DNA from: a virus
IMG/VR virus record: IMGVR_UViG_3300044769_000068
Span: 36,620 to 100,619 of that record
Length of the DNA: 64,000 bases
Direction: 5' to 3' (one strand)
The translations under genes were made by a program, and so were the position numbers. Positions 17,721 to 27,228 of the stretch are shown here, in pieces. Positions within the stretch are counted from its first letter, which is position 1; every line of letters begins with the position of its first letter. The notes below the pieces were generated by a model. The model was not told where the DNA came from. It was given only the letters and a program-made list of their open reading frames with translations, and ran no database searches.

Positions 17721-18188
17721 TCAAACTTGTATGTAGACGATTTCTACGCCCGCTTCACTGAAAAGTTCTTCGGCTAGTTTCGTTTGTTCTTTCCATCTTT
17801 CTGCGAAATCGTTGTTGATTTTGGGTGAAACAACCTTAAAAATTCCAGATTGAATAATATGGACGGCGCATCTTTCGCAAGATTGTCCGGGCCAATTGTA
17901 CAGCGTGTATCCGTCGAGCCTCTCTCTAGATGAAAGAATAGCATTCATTTCGCAATGGATAGTTCTCTTATATTTCTCTTCTCTATTGCTTAGAAGCTCT
18001 TCCCGATCTTTTATCGCCCTTGGAAATCCATTATATCCTACTGCGGCGACGGTTGAATCTGGCCGGACAATAACACACCCAGTTTTCGTCGACGGATCTT
18101 TTGACCAATTAGACACGTGTTCGGCTAGATAAAGAAATCGAACATGCTTTTTAGAAATGCTATTAATTGGGAAGATTTCTATGGTCAT
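17721..18188 (-). CDS. dCMP deaminase
   Basis: SKDPSTKTGCVI, GYNGFP, HCEMNAI and SCERC zinc motifs. Confidence 0.92.
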   Translation of the reverse strand: MTIEIFPINSISKKHVRFLYLAEHVSNWSKDPSTKTGCVIVRPDSTVAAVGYNGFPRAIKDREELLSNREEKYKRTIHCEMNAILSSRERLDGYTLYNWPGQSCERCAVHIIQSGIFKVVSPKINNDFAERWKEQTKLAEELFSEAGVEIVYIQV

Positions 18189-18190
18189 CG

Positions 18191-18523
18191 CTATTCCTTT
18201 AACATCATCTGTTCGACGGGCTCTTCAAATACTAGCTTTCGCATGTCTTCAAGATGATATTTAGTCGATCGAAGTTCTCCCTCAAGTTTGCCTTCTGGTA
18301 ATTTCTCTCCTTCTAGCATTTCCTTTAGCGCTGCTAGAAAGTCCTTTGAATCAATGTAATTGAAAGCGAACGTAGGTTCTCTGAACATTGAGCCTTCGGG
18401 AACTTCTTCGAATTCAAGAGCTGCTCTCTTTGCGACGAAGGTTTTCAGTCCCACTTGTTTGACGATTACAAAGTTCGACGTTCCTGTATAGTCTTGAAAT
18501 AGATACACTCTAAATGGGTTCAT
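18191..18523 (-). CDS. Hypothetical protein
   Basis: 110 aa ORF with RBS, within the operon. Confidence 0.75.
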   Translation of the reverse strand: MNPFRVYLFQDYTGTSNFVIVKQVGLKTFVAKRAALEFEEVPEGSMFREPTFAFNYIDSKDFLAALKEMLEGEKLPEGKLEGELRSTKYHLEDMRKLVFEEPVEQMMLKE

Positions 18524-18526
18524 GCT

Positions 18527-19153
18527 TTACTCCTCGAATTTAATGTCTGCAAATATGTTGGCGGCACCAATTCTCATCACTTGCTCCCACATCTCTTTTG
18601 CCATGTTTCTGATTTCCCATTGAGCGTGTTTAGAAGTCCTGAGTTTGAAGAAATGGCGGAGCTCTCTAAAATTCATTGTAATAATGATTTCGGAGCAACA
18701 CGCGTTGGGTAGAACAAATCTAGCATCTTCTCCCTTGACGCCCATCTTCAATAGTTCGTTATATGTATTCCAAGCGAATAACATGGCATTCTCAAACTTG
18801 GCTCTGGCCATTTGATTCTGGCTACTAACTCCGATGTTCTCTTTATTGTCTAAGATGCTTGGAGGCGTTACATAGTTGGGCTCTGATTCTTTGACATACC
18901 GCTGGCTTCTTTGCGAGTAACTAGCAATCCGATGCCTAACCAGCTGATGAGTAAGAGCTCTGGAAACCCCACCCACTCTATAAGTGACACTAGCATGCTC
19001 AAGAACAGATTCATGGCCGCTCCTTATTAGATGGTCTATGATGCGGACATGACTACCAGGGCTCTTCTTTTCAAACGAGTCGTAGCAGATTCTGGCAGCC
19101 TCTTCGATTAATAGTTCGGGCGCTGGTGTGAATGCAATGATTTCTACTTTCAT
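18527..19153 (-). CDS. thyX: Flavin-dependent thymidylate synthase
   Basis: GHESVLEH, SRALTHQLVRHRIASYSQRSQRY, ARFVLPN, AQWEIR. Confidence 0.96.
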   Translation of the reverse strand: MKVEIIAFTPAPELLIEEAARICYDSFEKKSPGSHVRIIDHLIRSGHESVLEHASVTYRVGGVSRALTHQLVRHRIASYSQRSQRYVKESEPNYVTPPSILDNKENIGVSSQNQMARAKFENAMLFAWNTYNELLKMGVKGEDARFVLPNACCSEIIITMNFRELRHFFKLRTSKHAQWEIRNMAKEMWEQVMRIGAANIFADIKFEE

Positions 19154-21441
19154 ATTGAACAGGCCGCTCCAGGAGGGCTAGATCCACAAACATTGCAGAT
19201 AAAGCACTTCCCGTCCTTTACCATAGAATTTTTAGCGTTACAATTGGGACATTCTTCGTCGGCTTCTTCTATTTCTTCCTCTTCTTCCTCTTCATTCTTG
19301 ATGAGTCCGATTTCAATGAGACAATCCCAGATGCATTCTTTCATGGCTGATAAGAAATGAGCGTATGTCTTGCCGCGATACATAAATTTCTCGTCCATCT
19401 CTACATAGTCCATGTCCTCGAGCTCCTGAAGGATTTCGAGCAGTTTCTCGAGGTTCTTTTCCTTATTGAACATAATAGAAAGAAGTCTGCAATACGGCAG
19501 CATGTTTTTGTAGAAATCAACATCTCTAGAGACAACAAACACTTGAGACACCTGGTTGTTGTTATAGGTTACATGGACGTGTGCGCTTGGAAGTCCCGAG
19601 CTTCTTTTGATTTGATAAGTAAAGCTTCTGCGTCTGTAGCCGTCTTCCCTTGTTTCAGGTCTAGCATCATCGTCAGTTAATATTGATTGAATGGTTCCTT
19701 CTCTAAACGTAGTGAGTCCTTTGATAGACATGTCTGACGTGACGACATCGAACATGAACTTTTTGAAGGAATCGAAATCCGTTCCTTCTGGGAAGTTAAT
19801 AGTTTTTGAGATGCTGTTATCGACATACTTCTGGATGGTATTCTGCATTCGCAAGTGGCCTTGAAGCGATACGTCTTTGGTGGTTTGAAAATAGTCAGGT
19901 CGTTCGCCGTAAATTTTATCAAATCCCGCTGACTTGAAATATTTGTAGGAATAGTCAAGTAAATCAAATTGTCGTGTAAGATTTCCTTGATCATCGCGCA
20001 TTCTCCTCTTCTGCTTCAATGAAAATATCGGTTCGATTCCTGACGATACATTATTCAATAGTAAGGAGATTGTTCCAGCAGGTTGACATGTTAGGATGGA
20101 ACAGTTTCTAATGCCGTGTTGTTCCATTTCCGCTTTAATCCCGTCTGGCAGACTTTTGATGAATTTTCCCGCCATAAACTTATCCCTATCGTATTTAGGG
20201 AAAGGGCTCTTTAATTTCGCCAATTCAATAGACGCTTCATACGCGGCGTTTCTGATCGTTTGCATTAAAACATCAACGAACGAAATAGCTTGATCAGAAT
20301 CGTACTTGATCTTTAGCATCGTTAACATGTCTGCTAATCCCGTGATGCCCAAACCAATTCGTCGATCGGCTATAGCTACCTTTTCGTTCTGCTTCAACGG
20401 ATAGTTGGTTACATCAAGAATTGTGTCTAGCATGTAGACTAGACTCTTAACTGTCTGCTTTAGCCCTTCGATATCGACTTCTTGACTTATGAATGGATTT
20501 TTGACGAATGTGGGAAGAACGACCATTCCGAGGTCACAACATCCCCACGCAGGTAAGGGTATCTCACCACAAGGATTGGTAGATTCGATTTTTTGGTAGT
20601 AATATGTATTGGACACTTCATTGACTCGGTCCTTGAAGAAAATTCCTGGTTCGTTATAGTCGTAAGCGTTGGCCACAAATTTTTCGAATACAATTCTTGC
20701 CTTAAGCTTTCCATAGACTTTTCCGTTATGCTTGAGTTCATAGTCTTTGTCCGCCTTTAGAGCGTCTATAAAGTCATTGGTGATGCCAATAGACACATTA
20801 AAATTAGTTAAGCCTGAGTTTTTCTTCGCGGTGATGAACTCTAATATGTCAGGGTGATTGACGTCAAGAATAGCAATGCCGGCGCCTCTACGGTTTCCTG
20901 CTGATTTCATGGTCGCGATCATACTATCCCACGTATCCATAAAAGAGAGGGGACCGGAGGCGGTTGAGTTTACGCCCTTGACGTGTGCGCCTTTAGGACG
21001 AATACTAGAAAAGTTAGTTCCAAATCCACCACCTGCCTGCTGAATCTTAGAGGCGGCTTCAAAGCTATCTCCGAGGATAGAGTCAATGGAGTCTTCAATT
21101 GGCACTACAAAGCAGTTGAGGGCTGTCAATTTGACGCATGGATTGCCCAACGCAAGCAGAGCTCTGCCGGCGACTATTCCCCTCCGCTCTGCCATTATTT
21201 TGTAGAATTCTTCTTCTATGGGATCTTGCAAGACTCTGTCGTTTATTCCTTTGACAAACCCTGCAGCTAATGCTTTAGCAACTCGCCTGAAAGCTTCAGA
21301 AGGTTCTGATTCTAGAGCCCTTGTGGAAGCCATAGGATCGTTCGATTGTGGCGCTTCTCTAACAGCGTACTTCTCAAGAAATATTTCTTTATTAAAATCG
21401 GGCAGAATTTCAGGCCCTTTCTTCATTTCAAGCTCTGTCAT
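19150..21441 (-). CDS. nrdJ: Class II (adenosylcobalamin-dependent) ribonucleotide reductase
   Basis: NCFV, GGGFG, RRGA, TNPCGE, QPAGTIS, DNSISKT and a C-terminal zinc ribbon; no beta subunit in the window. Confidence 0.88.
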   Translation of the reverse strand: MTELEMKKGPEILPDFNKEIFLEKYAVREAPQSNDPMASTRALESEPSEAFRRVAKALAAGFVKGINDRVLQDPIEEEFYKIMAERRGIVAGRALLALGNPCVKLTALNCFVVPIEDSIDSILGDSFEAASKIQQAGGGFGTNFSSIRPKGAHVKGVNSTASGPLSFMDTWDSMIATMKSAGNRRGAGIAILDVNHPDILEFITAKKNSGLTNFNVSIGITNDFIDALKADKDYELKHNGKVYGKLKARIVFEKFVANAYDYNEPGIFFKDRVNEVSNTYYYQKIESTNPCGEIPLPAWGCCDLGMVVLPTFVKNPFISQEVDIEGLKQTVKSLVYMLDTILDVTNYPLKQNEKVAIADRRIGLGITGLADMLTMLKIKYDSDQAISFVDVLMQTIRNAAYEASIELAKLKSPFPKYDRDKFMAGKFIKSLPDGIKAEMEQHGIRNCSILTCQPAGTISLLLNNVSSGIEPIFSLKQKRRMRDDQGNLTRQFDLLDYSYKYFKSAGFDKIYGERPDYFQTTKDVSLQGHLRMQNTIQKYVDNSISKTINFPEGTDFDSFKKFMFDVVTSDMSIKGLTTFREGTIQSILTDDDARPETREDGYRRRSFTYQIKRSSGLPSAHVHVTYNNNQVSQVFVVSRDVDFYKNMLPYCRLLSIMFNKEKNLEKLLEILQELEDMDYVEMDEKFMYRGKTYAHFLSAMKECIWDCLIEIGLIKNEEEEEEEIEEADEECPNCNAKNSMVKDGKCFICNVCGSSPPGAACSI

Positions 21442-21917
21442 TTAGTCACTCCGTCTGTTTTCTTCTTCTTCCAATCACGTTTCATAACTTCCTCAGCTGT
21501 GGAGAATAGAGCTTTCCCGAAATCAATGCCTGCGTGAGAACATAGTTGCATTAAATAAACTACTGTATCTGCTACTCCATCGGCTAAATCATCTAGGGCT
21601 TTTTCATCCATGCCAGCTTGATGGCGCCTTATTTTTTGCCGGGCTTTCAATACGACGTGAGCTACTTCTCCCACTTCTTCAGCGGCTCCCAACGCCATCC
21701 ATTCAATGCCGGTGTCGCGCTTCTTGAAGTTTTTCTGTTGCCAATCAAATAGCTGTTTCTGCAGTCTAGTAAGAGCTTTCACCGCGCACGTTGTATTCCT
21801 CTCTTCATCGTTGATCGGAAAGGCGTGCTTGGGCTTGGGAAAATTATTGCAGGACATTTGGCGTATTCTCACTTCCGGGCCCACCAGTTTCGACAGCTTT
21901 CTTTGCGTCTTCTTCAA
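21438..21917 (-). CDS. MazG-like nucleotide pyrophosphohydrolase (true start possibly 21857)
   Basis: EEVGEV...DGVADTVVYL pattern. Confidence 0.85.
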   Translation of the reverse strand: MKKTQRKLSKLVGPEVRIRQMSCNNFPKPKHAFPINDEERNTTCAVKALTRLQKQLFDWQQKNFKKRDTGIEWMALGAAEEVGEVAHVVLKARQKIRRHQAGMDEKALDDLADGVADTVVYLMQLCSHAGIDFGKALFSTAEEVMKRDWKKKKTDGVTK

Positions 21918-22236
21918 ATTTTTCCTTCATTCTAATCATTTCAGCTACTTCTTTTTGCATCTGTGTTTGCGCATTCTCAGCGAATGTCTTGAATCTTGCT
22001 TCTACGTCCTTTGCTTCTTCTTCTGTCTTGCCATTCTTAGCTTCATCAAGCAAGAAATTGACACGTACGGTTAGTCTTGTGATATCTTGAAGAAGAGCTG
22101 TATGCGACTGCCGCATATTCCCGTCTATGACCTGAAGTATCCTGTCAAGCTGTTTCATATTGTTCTGTAGAGTGACGATTGCTCTTTGCGTTTCTTGTTG
22201 AATCTGGAAATTCAACTTGTCAGCGCTCATTCCCAT
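21844..22236 (-). CDS. Hypothetical coiled-coil protein
   Basis: 130 aa, Q/E-rich heptads, GGAG RBS. Confidence 0.7.
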   Translation of the reverse strand: MGMSADKLNFQIQQETQRAIVTLQNNMKQLDRILQVIDGNMRQSHTALLQDITRLTVRVNFLLDEAKNGKTEEEAKDVEARFKTFAENAQTQMQKEVAEMIRMKEKFEEDAKKAVETGGPGSENTPNVLQ

Positions 22237-22237
22237 T

Positions 22238-23179
22238 TCATTCTCCTATTGCCATAGCATCTATGAATAGATTATGCGTAGGCTGCTTTTTATTGACTAT
22301 CTTAATTAGAGTCGGCTTGTCAGGTACAGCCGCTATATCTTCGCACGGCATATCTAACGGGTTGATGTATGATAGATTGATGTGTCCATAGGATTTTTGC
22401 ACCTTATTTACGAACGTTTCGATATGTTTTAACGTGACGTCTTTATCAAAGCAGAGGCAAACGTCTTTATGCGCAGTTTTGCCTCTAAGATACTCTGACA
22501 ATCCCGCATGTTTGCCCTTTCCGAATATGCAAACTGAGTCGTATCCGAATTGGGCAGCTTTCATTAAATTAAACATGGATTCGACAACTAATAGCGTGCT
22601 AGAGTTATTTTTCTCGTATGCATAGAACAACTTCATTTCTGGATCTGACTTTCTAATTACGTGCTTCTGTCTGTCAGGGGTCAAATCTAAAAACTTTCTA
22701 GCGTAATAAGCGTAATCATTAACCAGAACAACTATATAGCCGTAGTAATAATTCCACGGAGTTGTAATTGGCCACAGTTTAAAGTTTGACTTTAGAAACT
22801 TAATGTCGAAGCCTCTCGATACTAGATACAGTCTGGCTTCTTGTGCGACGTTTTCTTGCCGCTCACACTCTCTATCTTGCGGTGGCGTAAGTTTTGGGGC
22901 GTGCGTAGATACTTGATCTACAACAGCAATGCGGCCCTTTACCTCAAATCTTATTCTGTTGCGTCGTAAGAAATCACTTAGTCTGCCACGGTTGTCGCAC
23001 CTATAGCAATTATACGAGTCTTTGGCAAAGCTCAAGCCAAGATGATACTTTTTATCATTACACTTATTGCATCTGACGTTTATTTCTAAACGCGATTTCC
23101 AGTCTTTAGACGGATCGACCTGAAACTTCTGGCCAATTTCCCGTACTATATCTTTAATGTTTGTGTATTCCGCTTTCAT
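22238..23179 (-). CDS. DNA primase (zinc finger plus TOPRIM)
   Basis: CNKC...CYRC zinc motif; VVES and FDKD TOPRIM motifs. Confidence 0.8.
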   Translation of the reverse strand: MKAEYTNIKDIVREIGQKFQVDPSKDWKSRLEINVRCNKCNDKKYHLGLSFAKDSYNCYRCDNRGRLSDFLRRNRIRFEVKGRIAVVDQVSTHAPKLTPPQDRECERQENVAQEARLYLVSRGFDIKFLKSNFKLWPITTPWNYYYGYIVVLVNDYAYYARKFLDLTPDRQKHVIRKSDPEMKLFYAYEKNNSSTLLVVESMFNLMKAAQFGYDSVCIFGKGKHAGLSEYLRGKTAHKDVCLCFDKDVTLKHIETFVNKVQKSYGHINLSYINPLDMPCEDIAAVPDKPTLIKIVNKKQPTHNLFIDAMAIGE

Positions 23180-24921
23180 TCGATTCTTGAGAAGCCGTTT
23201 AGTCCTTTAGTTGCGGTAATTGTATGGTCGAACAAATACATCATATCATCAACTGACGAATGGTGACTAATGAAAATGCACATTGCATTGATGCTCACGG
23301 CGTATTGTTTGATAAACTCAATGACATATCTGCCACTTACATTGTCGAGATGGTCAAGAGCCTCGTCAACAATCAAGAACTTTAGGCGATTATTCTTGAA
23401 ATAAGTCATGGCGATATCAAGAAGCGATAGCACGATTACAATATCTACCTTCTGTTTTTCGCCACTAGATAGCTGGTCATATTTGAATTGTTCGCCATTT
23501 ATCGTGATTGCTTCGGTGATGTCAGAGTCGGTTATCACAAATTTGAACTGGAAGTCTTTATTGTAGAAGTTGTTTATGTACTTCTGCATGTTAGTATTGA
23601 GTACCTTCAAAAGGTCTCCTGCTAATGACATTCTAGTTTTAGACTTGGGCTCAAGCATTTCACGCCAAAACTCAGTCATATCAAACTTTGTTTTGGAATC
23701 TAGCCACTCCGTTTCCGCTAGCTCACACTTAGCTTTCACTTCTTCTACCTGACCGGCTGAAGACGTAATGTTACTGAATTTCTCAATGGTCTTTGTGTTG
23801 TTCTTGATCTGATACTTCTTTTCGTTTATGATACGCGTGCACTCGTTTGACTTCTCCACTGCAGTGTTGTACTGTTCGAATAAGGCTGAAGCCTTTAGGA
23901 TTCCAATTTCGTTTATTATGCTATTGAGTAGAGACGTAAACTCTTTGATCTTAGCGAGTTCGGCTGTAAGGATCTCGTCACGATTAGGCAGTCTTTGTCT
24001 GCATGTATGACATACTTCGTTCGTCTCATAATACTTGGCTCTCTTCTTGCTCTCGGCTAGCTGGTGCTCAAGCTTTGCCTTGGAGTCATTAGCGCCGCTA
24101 ATTTGCGTGTTCTTGCTTTCTATCTCTGGAAACAATGTTGAGACTACGCCACTAAAGCCTTCTCTCATCTTCTCGTCTAATACTATTTCTTGCTCCAGTC
24201 TTTTGTTGGCTGCTGTTAACAATTCGATGTTTTCATTAACATTCTTGGTAACACTCTCTTCTTGTTGCATCAGATTATCTAGAGCAGTTTTAAGTGCGTA
24301 ATATTCTCTATTGTTGTCGTCAAATACGGCTCTATCTTCTTTTGCCATGCCCTGAAGTGATGCGTAAATTTTAGACACAACGTTGAGATTGAGAACTCTT
24401 TCAAGAATGTCGATTTTGGCAGCGCTGCTACCCTTAACGAACTTGAAGAGCTCGGGATTCAATACGTTGTTGTTCACGAACACTTGATAGTTCATGCCAA
24501 TAATCTGTTCTATCTTAGACTGTATCTCTGTATTAGTCAAGTCGTTGGAGATACAGATGCCATTTTCGTACAGTGTTGTCTTAGAGAATGAGGGCGACTT
24601 GGAGCGCTGACGCTCTATTAAGTACTCGGCTTTTACAACGCCGTCGGTTGAATCGACGAATGTAAGCCCTACAAAAAGAGCTTTAGTAGATTTAGTTACG
24701 AGGTCGTCAAGATTAAGCTCTTTCTTAAGTGATCTGTAAAACAACGCTAAGACTATGCAGTCGACTAAAGTTGACTTGCCAGAGCCATTAGACGATCTAT
24801 CTTTCTCATCTATACCCTTAATTAATACAAGGTTGCCCTGGCGTTGAGTAAAATCTATTTCATGTCTTCCCTTGTATGAGTTGACATTTTCTATTACAAG
24901 CTTCTTTAGCTTAATTGACAT
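23176..24921 (-). CDS. SbcC/Rad50/T4 gp46-like recombination ATPase
   Basis: NGSGKST, central CHTC zinc hook, LSSGEKQ, IVDE. Confidence 0.93.
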   Translation of the reverse strand: MSIKLKKLVIENVNSYKGRHEIDFTQRQGNLVLIKGIDEKDRSSNGSGKSTLVDCIVLALFYRSLKKELNLDDLVTKSTKALFVGLTFVDSTDGVVKAEYLIERQRSKSPSFSKTTLYENGICISNDLTNTEIQSKIEQIIGMNYQVFVNNNVLNPELFKFVKGSSAAKIDILERVLNLNVVSKIYASLQGMAKEDRAVFDDNNREYYALKTALDNLMQQEESVTKNVNENIELLTAANKRLEQEIVLDEKMREGFSGVVSTLFPEIESKNTQISGANDSKAKLEHQLAESKKRAKYYETNEVCHTCRQRLPNRDEILTAELAKIKEFTSLLNSIINEIGILKASALFEQYNTAVEKSNECTRIINEKKYQIKNNTKTIEKFSNITSSAGQVEEVKAKCELAETEWLDSKTKFDMTEFWREMLEPKSKTRMSLAGDLLKVLNTNMQKYINNFYNKDFQFKFVITDSDITEAITINGEQFKYDQLSSGEKQKVDIVIVLSLLDIAMTYFKNNRLKFLIVDEALDHLDNVSGRYVIEFIKQYAVSINAMCIFISHHSSVDDMMYLFDHTITATKGLNGFSRIE

Positions 24922-26060
24922 ACGTTTTTCAACCTGCCTACAAATTTTTCTATTTCTTCAGGCGACTTATTCTTTGATTTCAAAAGCTCAGTCCCTTTTT
25001 CAATAATCAGATCGAATATGTTGATCTTATCTATTGACGACGTCATTATTTCCATCGCATTAAGTTCTTCTTCAGAATCAAGGCCTCTTGTTTCAAAGTC
25101 CGTAAACAGATCTTTATATTTATCTAGAAATTCACCGAGCTTCTTTTTGCCAGAGTCGCTGTTAAGCGAATAGATTGTAGCGTAGATATTAGTGAATGGA
25201 AACTTAGCTTTCTCGGTTTCTATGCGAGCTATCTTTCTTTCCAGACTTTCTGTTTTTTCAAGATTGAGCTTAAAGAACAGCGGGCAATAAGGATTTTCTA
25301 CGTACTTAATGTTGCAACCACTGGGTGATAGATCTAATACAGTCAAGCCTTTTCTTTCGGCTGAGTCTGAGAAGTTGTGATTAAGCACAGCTCCTACATA
25401 ATAGAAGTTGGATCCAATTTGACGTTTGAAGTGGATGTGGCCTGAAAATACTCCAGTATAGATGTCTAGATGTAAGTCATCATACGAATTGAATTGGCCT
25501 AATTGGTATGTGGATGAAATTAAGCCCTCATAAGCTTCTTTGATGTCTAAGTGACAGAATACATACGTATGAGTTTTAGAGCCCCGGAACTTTTCTGCAA
25601 GTGTAGCAAACGCATCTTTTAGTTTGTTCGGATCTCTAATATATGGCACAAATATAAAATGGGAGTTTATTTCTGACACAAACTTTACTTTGATGCTGCT
25701 CTTTATGAGCGTAACGCCACTTATGTTTTCTACCGTATCGACCGCTGAAGTTTCTTCGTTCCTATCATGATTGCCTTCTAGAACAACCATTGTCTTCGAC
25801 AATGTGTTTTGCGTTATATCGCTGAGAGCCTTTATAACTGCGTTGTATCTTTCTACATAGAAACGTAAGGCCTGATGGAACGTATCGCCCAGGTCGATAG
25901 CCATCATAGTGCCGGTAGTATTAGAGACGTCAGATATCCAAGAAAGGGTAGAATATAGTTCATCTATCCTTGAATATTCAACTGTCTTGAATTTTGACTG
26001 CCTTACATTGAAGTTATAGATATTGGCACAATGTAAATCGGCGAATAATAATATCTTCAC
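24906..26060 (-). CDS. SbcD/Mre11/T4 gp47-like nuclease
   Basis: ADLH, LGD, GNHD, FCH and GHIH metallophosphoesterase motifs. Confidence 0.92.
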   Translation of the reverse strand: MKILLFADLHCANIYNFNVRQSKFKTVEYSRIDELYSTLSWISDVSNTTGTMMAIDLGDTFHQALRFYVERYNAVIKALSDITQNTLSKTMVVLEGNHDRNEETSAVDTVENISGVTLIKSSIKVKFVSEINSHFIFVPYIRDPNKLKDAFATLAEKFRGSKTHTYVFCHLDIKEAYEGLISSTYQLGQFNSYDDLHLDIYTGVFSGHIHFKRQIGSNFYYVGAVLNHNFSDSAERKGLTVLDLSPSGCNIKYVENPYCPLFFKLNLEKTESLERKIARIETEKAKFPFTNIYATIYSLNSDSGKKKLGEFLDKYKDLFTDFETRGLDSEEELNAMEIMTSSIDKINIFDLIIEKGTELLKSKNKSPEEIEKFVGRLKNVCQLS

Positions 26061-27055
26061 TGAGTAGGCGGTGGTAGGAGCTTATTGAATGGTGTCATGA
26101 AATGGTCCATTTTGGCTAGAATTGTGTTGATGTTTTCTTTCACAAGTATTGACATAAAGTCCATTTTTGAGAACGAAGGTTTCATTTCTATAGCTGAATA
26201 GATAAGCTTTAGACTTTGAGGGCTGAAATCCATATCAATGAGATCAATCAGCTTGTAGTTAAGTTCTAGTAGTTCCTTCTGTCCTTCAAAATATTTACCG
26301 AATTTAGCCTTGGCTTCAGTAACGGTTTCGAGTGCTGCGTAAAACTCTTCTATATTAGTAGGACTTGTTACTCCAGCAGCTTTGAACATGTCGAACAGTT
26401 GCTGAAACTTCTTGTCGCCAAACAGCCTAACTCCTTTAATGTTGTCTGAAGAATCTCCTCTTATTGCTTTGTAAACACGATAGCTTGAAACTGCCAATCC
26501 CTTAATAGGAAACACTTCTTCCATGTTGCATTTAGCGACGTATTGCTTCTTGTGAGGATTAAAAATCTTGTAATTTTCGTTGTCAAGAAGCTGATAGAAG
26601 TCCTTATCATTAGACACAATAGTCGCTGTCTTACCTCTATTAACAAAGTGATGAGCCACAAATGAGATAAGACAATCGCCTTCTATTTGCTTGACGATAA
26701 CAAGTTTGATGGGAAGAGTCTTGAGAGCGTCTAATATGACATCTCTCTGTCTCTTTCTAGACTCAATCTCATTCATCTTGATTGTTAAGTCATAACCCGC
26801 AAGAGCACTGAGATCGATATCTCTGTTGGCCTTGTAGTCTTTAAAGAGAGCTTTCTTTCTTACGTCTCGCCCGAAGTCAAATACAATGTAGACTTCTTCT
26901 GGCTTTTCGTCGTCTACAAGCTTACGGAGGTGTTGAAGGAACACGTAAATAGCTGTAGTATCTTGACTTTTGGCATTTTGAAGAACTGTATCGGTCATAG
27001 AGAAGAAGGCTCTAACGAACAGGTTGGAGCCGTCGCATATTAATACGTCACTCAT
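26057..27055 (-). CDS. 5'-3' flap exonuclease (T4 RNase H-like)
   Basis: ICDGSNL, VFDFG, YKANR, EGDC, SNDKDFYQL, GDSSDNIKGV; start reassigned to ATG 27055 (TAATG overlap). Confidence 0.92.
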   Translation of the reverse strand: MSDVLICDGSNLFVRAFFSMTDTVLQNAKSQDTTAIYVFLQHLRKLVDDEKPEEVYIVFDFGRDVRKKALFKDYKANRDIDLSALAGYDLTIKMNEIESRKRQRDVILDALKTLPIKLVIVKQIEGDCLISFVAHHFVNRGKTATIVSNDKDFYQLLDNENYKIFNPHKKQYVAKCNMEEVFPIKGLAVSSYRVYKAIRGDSSDNIKGVRLFGDKKFQQLFDMFKAAGVTSPTNIEEFYAALETVTEAKAKFGKYFEGQKELLELNYKLIDLIDMDFSPQSLKLIYSAIEMKPSFSKMDFMSILVKENINTILAKMDHFMTPFNKLLPPPTQ

Positions 27056-27228
27056 TATGAATCGTCCCTTGCGCCGTATTTTTCCAAGAATCTTTCTATG
27101 TCCCACAGAGTTTCTATTGGAATACCCCACGAAGTATCAACAATGGCGTTCTCTTGTTTCCAACCTTTGTCACGAGTCTCCATAAGTAGTTCTACGGCTC
27201 TATGCAAAAAGTCTTTGTTGGTCTTCAT
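27055..27228 (-). CDS. Small hypothetical protein (57 aa, MKTNKDFLHRAVELL...)
   Basis: ATGA overlap with the sigma gene stop and TAATG overlap with the nuclease start; not in the ORF track. Confidence 0.65.
   Translation of the reverse strand: MKTNKDFLHRAVELLMETRDKGWKQENAIVDTSWGIPIETLWDIERFLEKYGARDDS

Noticed and set aside
20031-20041. GGTTCGATTCC, resembling a tRNA T-loop
   Set aside because: It lies inside nrdJ, with no acceptor stem, D-arm or anticodon arm; no tRNA was found in any intergenic gap.
27056-27130. N-terminal extension of the flap nuclease in the ORF track
   Set aside because: The region belongs to a separate 57-aa ORF (27055-27228) coupled by stop/start overlaps; the nuclease motif begins at MSDVLICDG.
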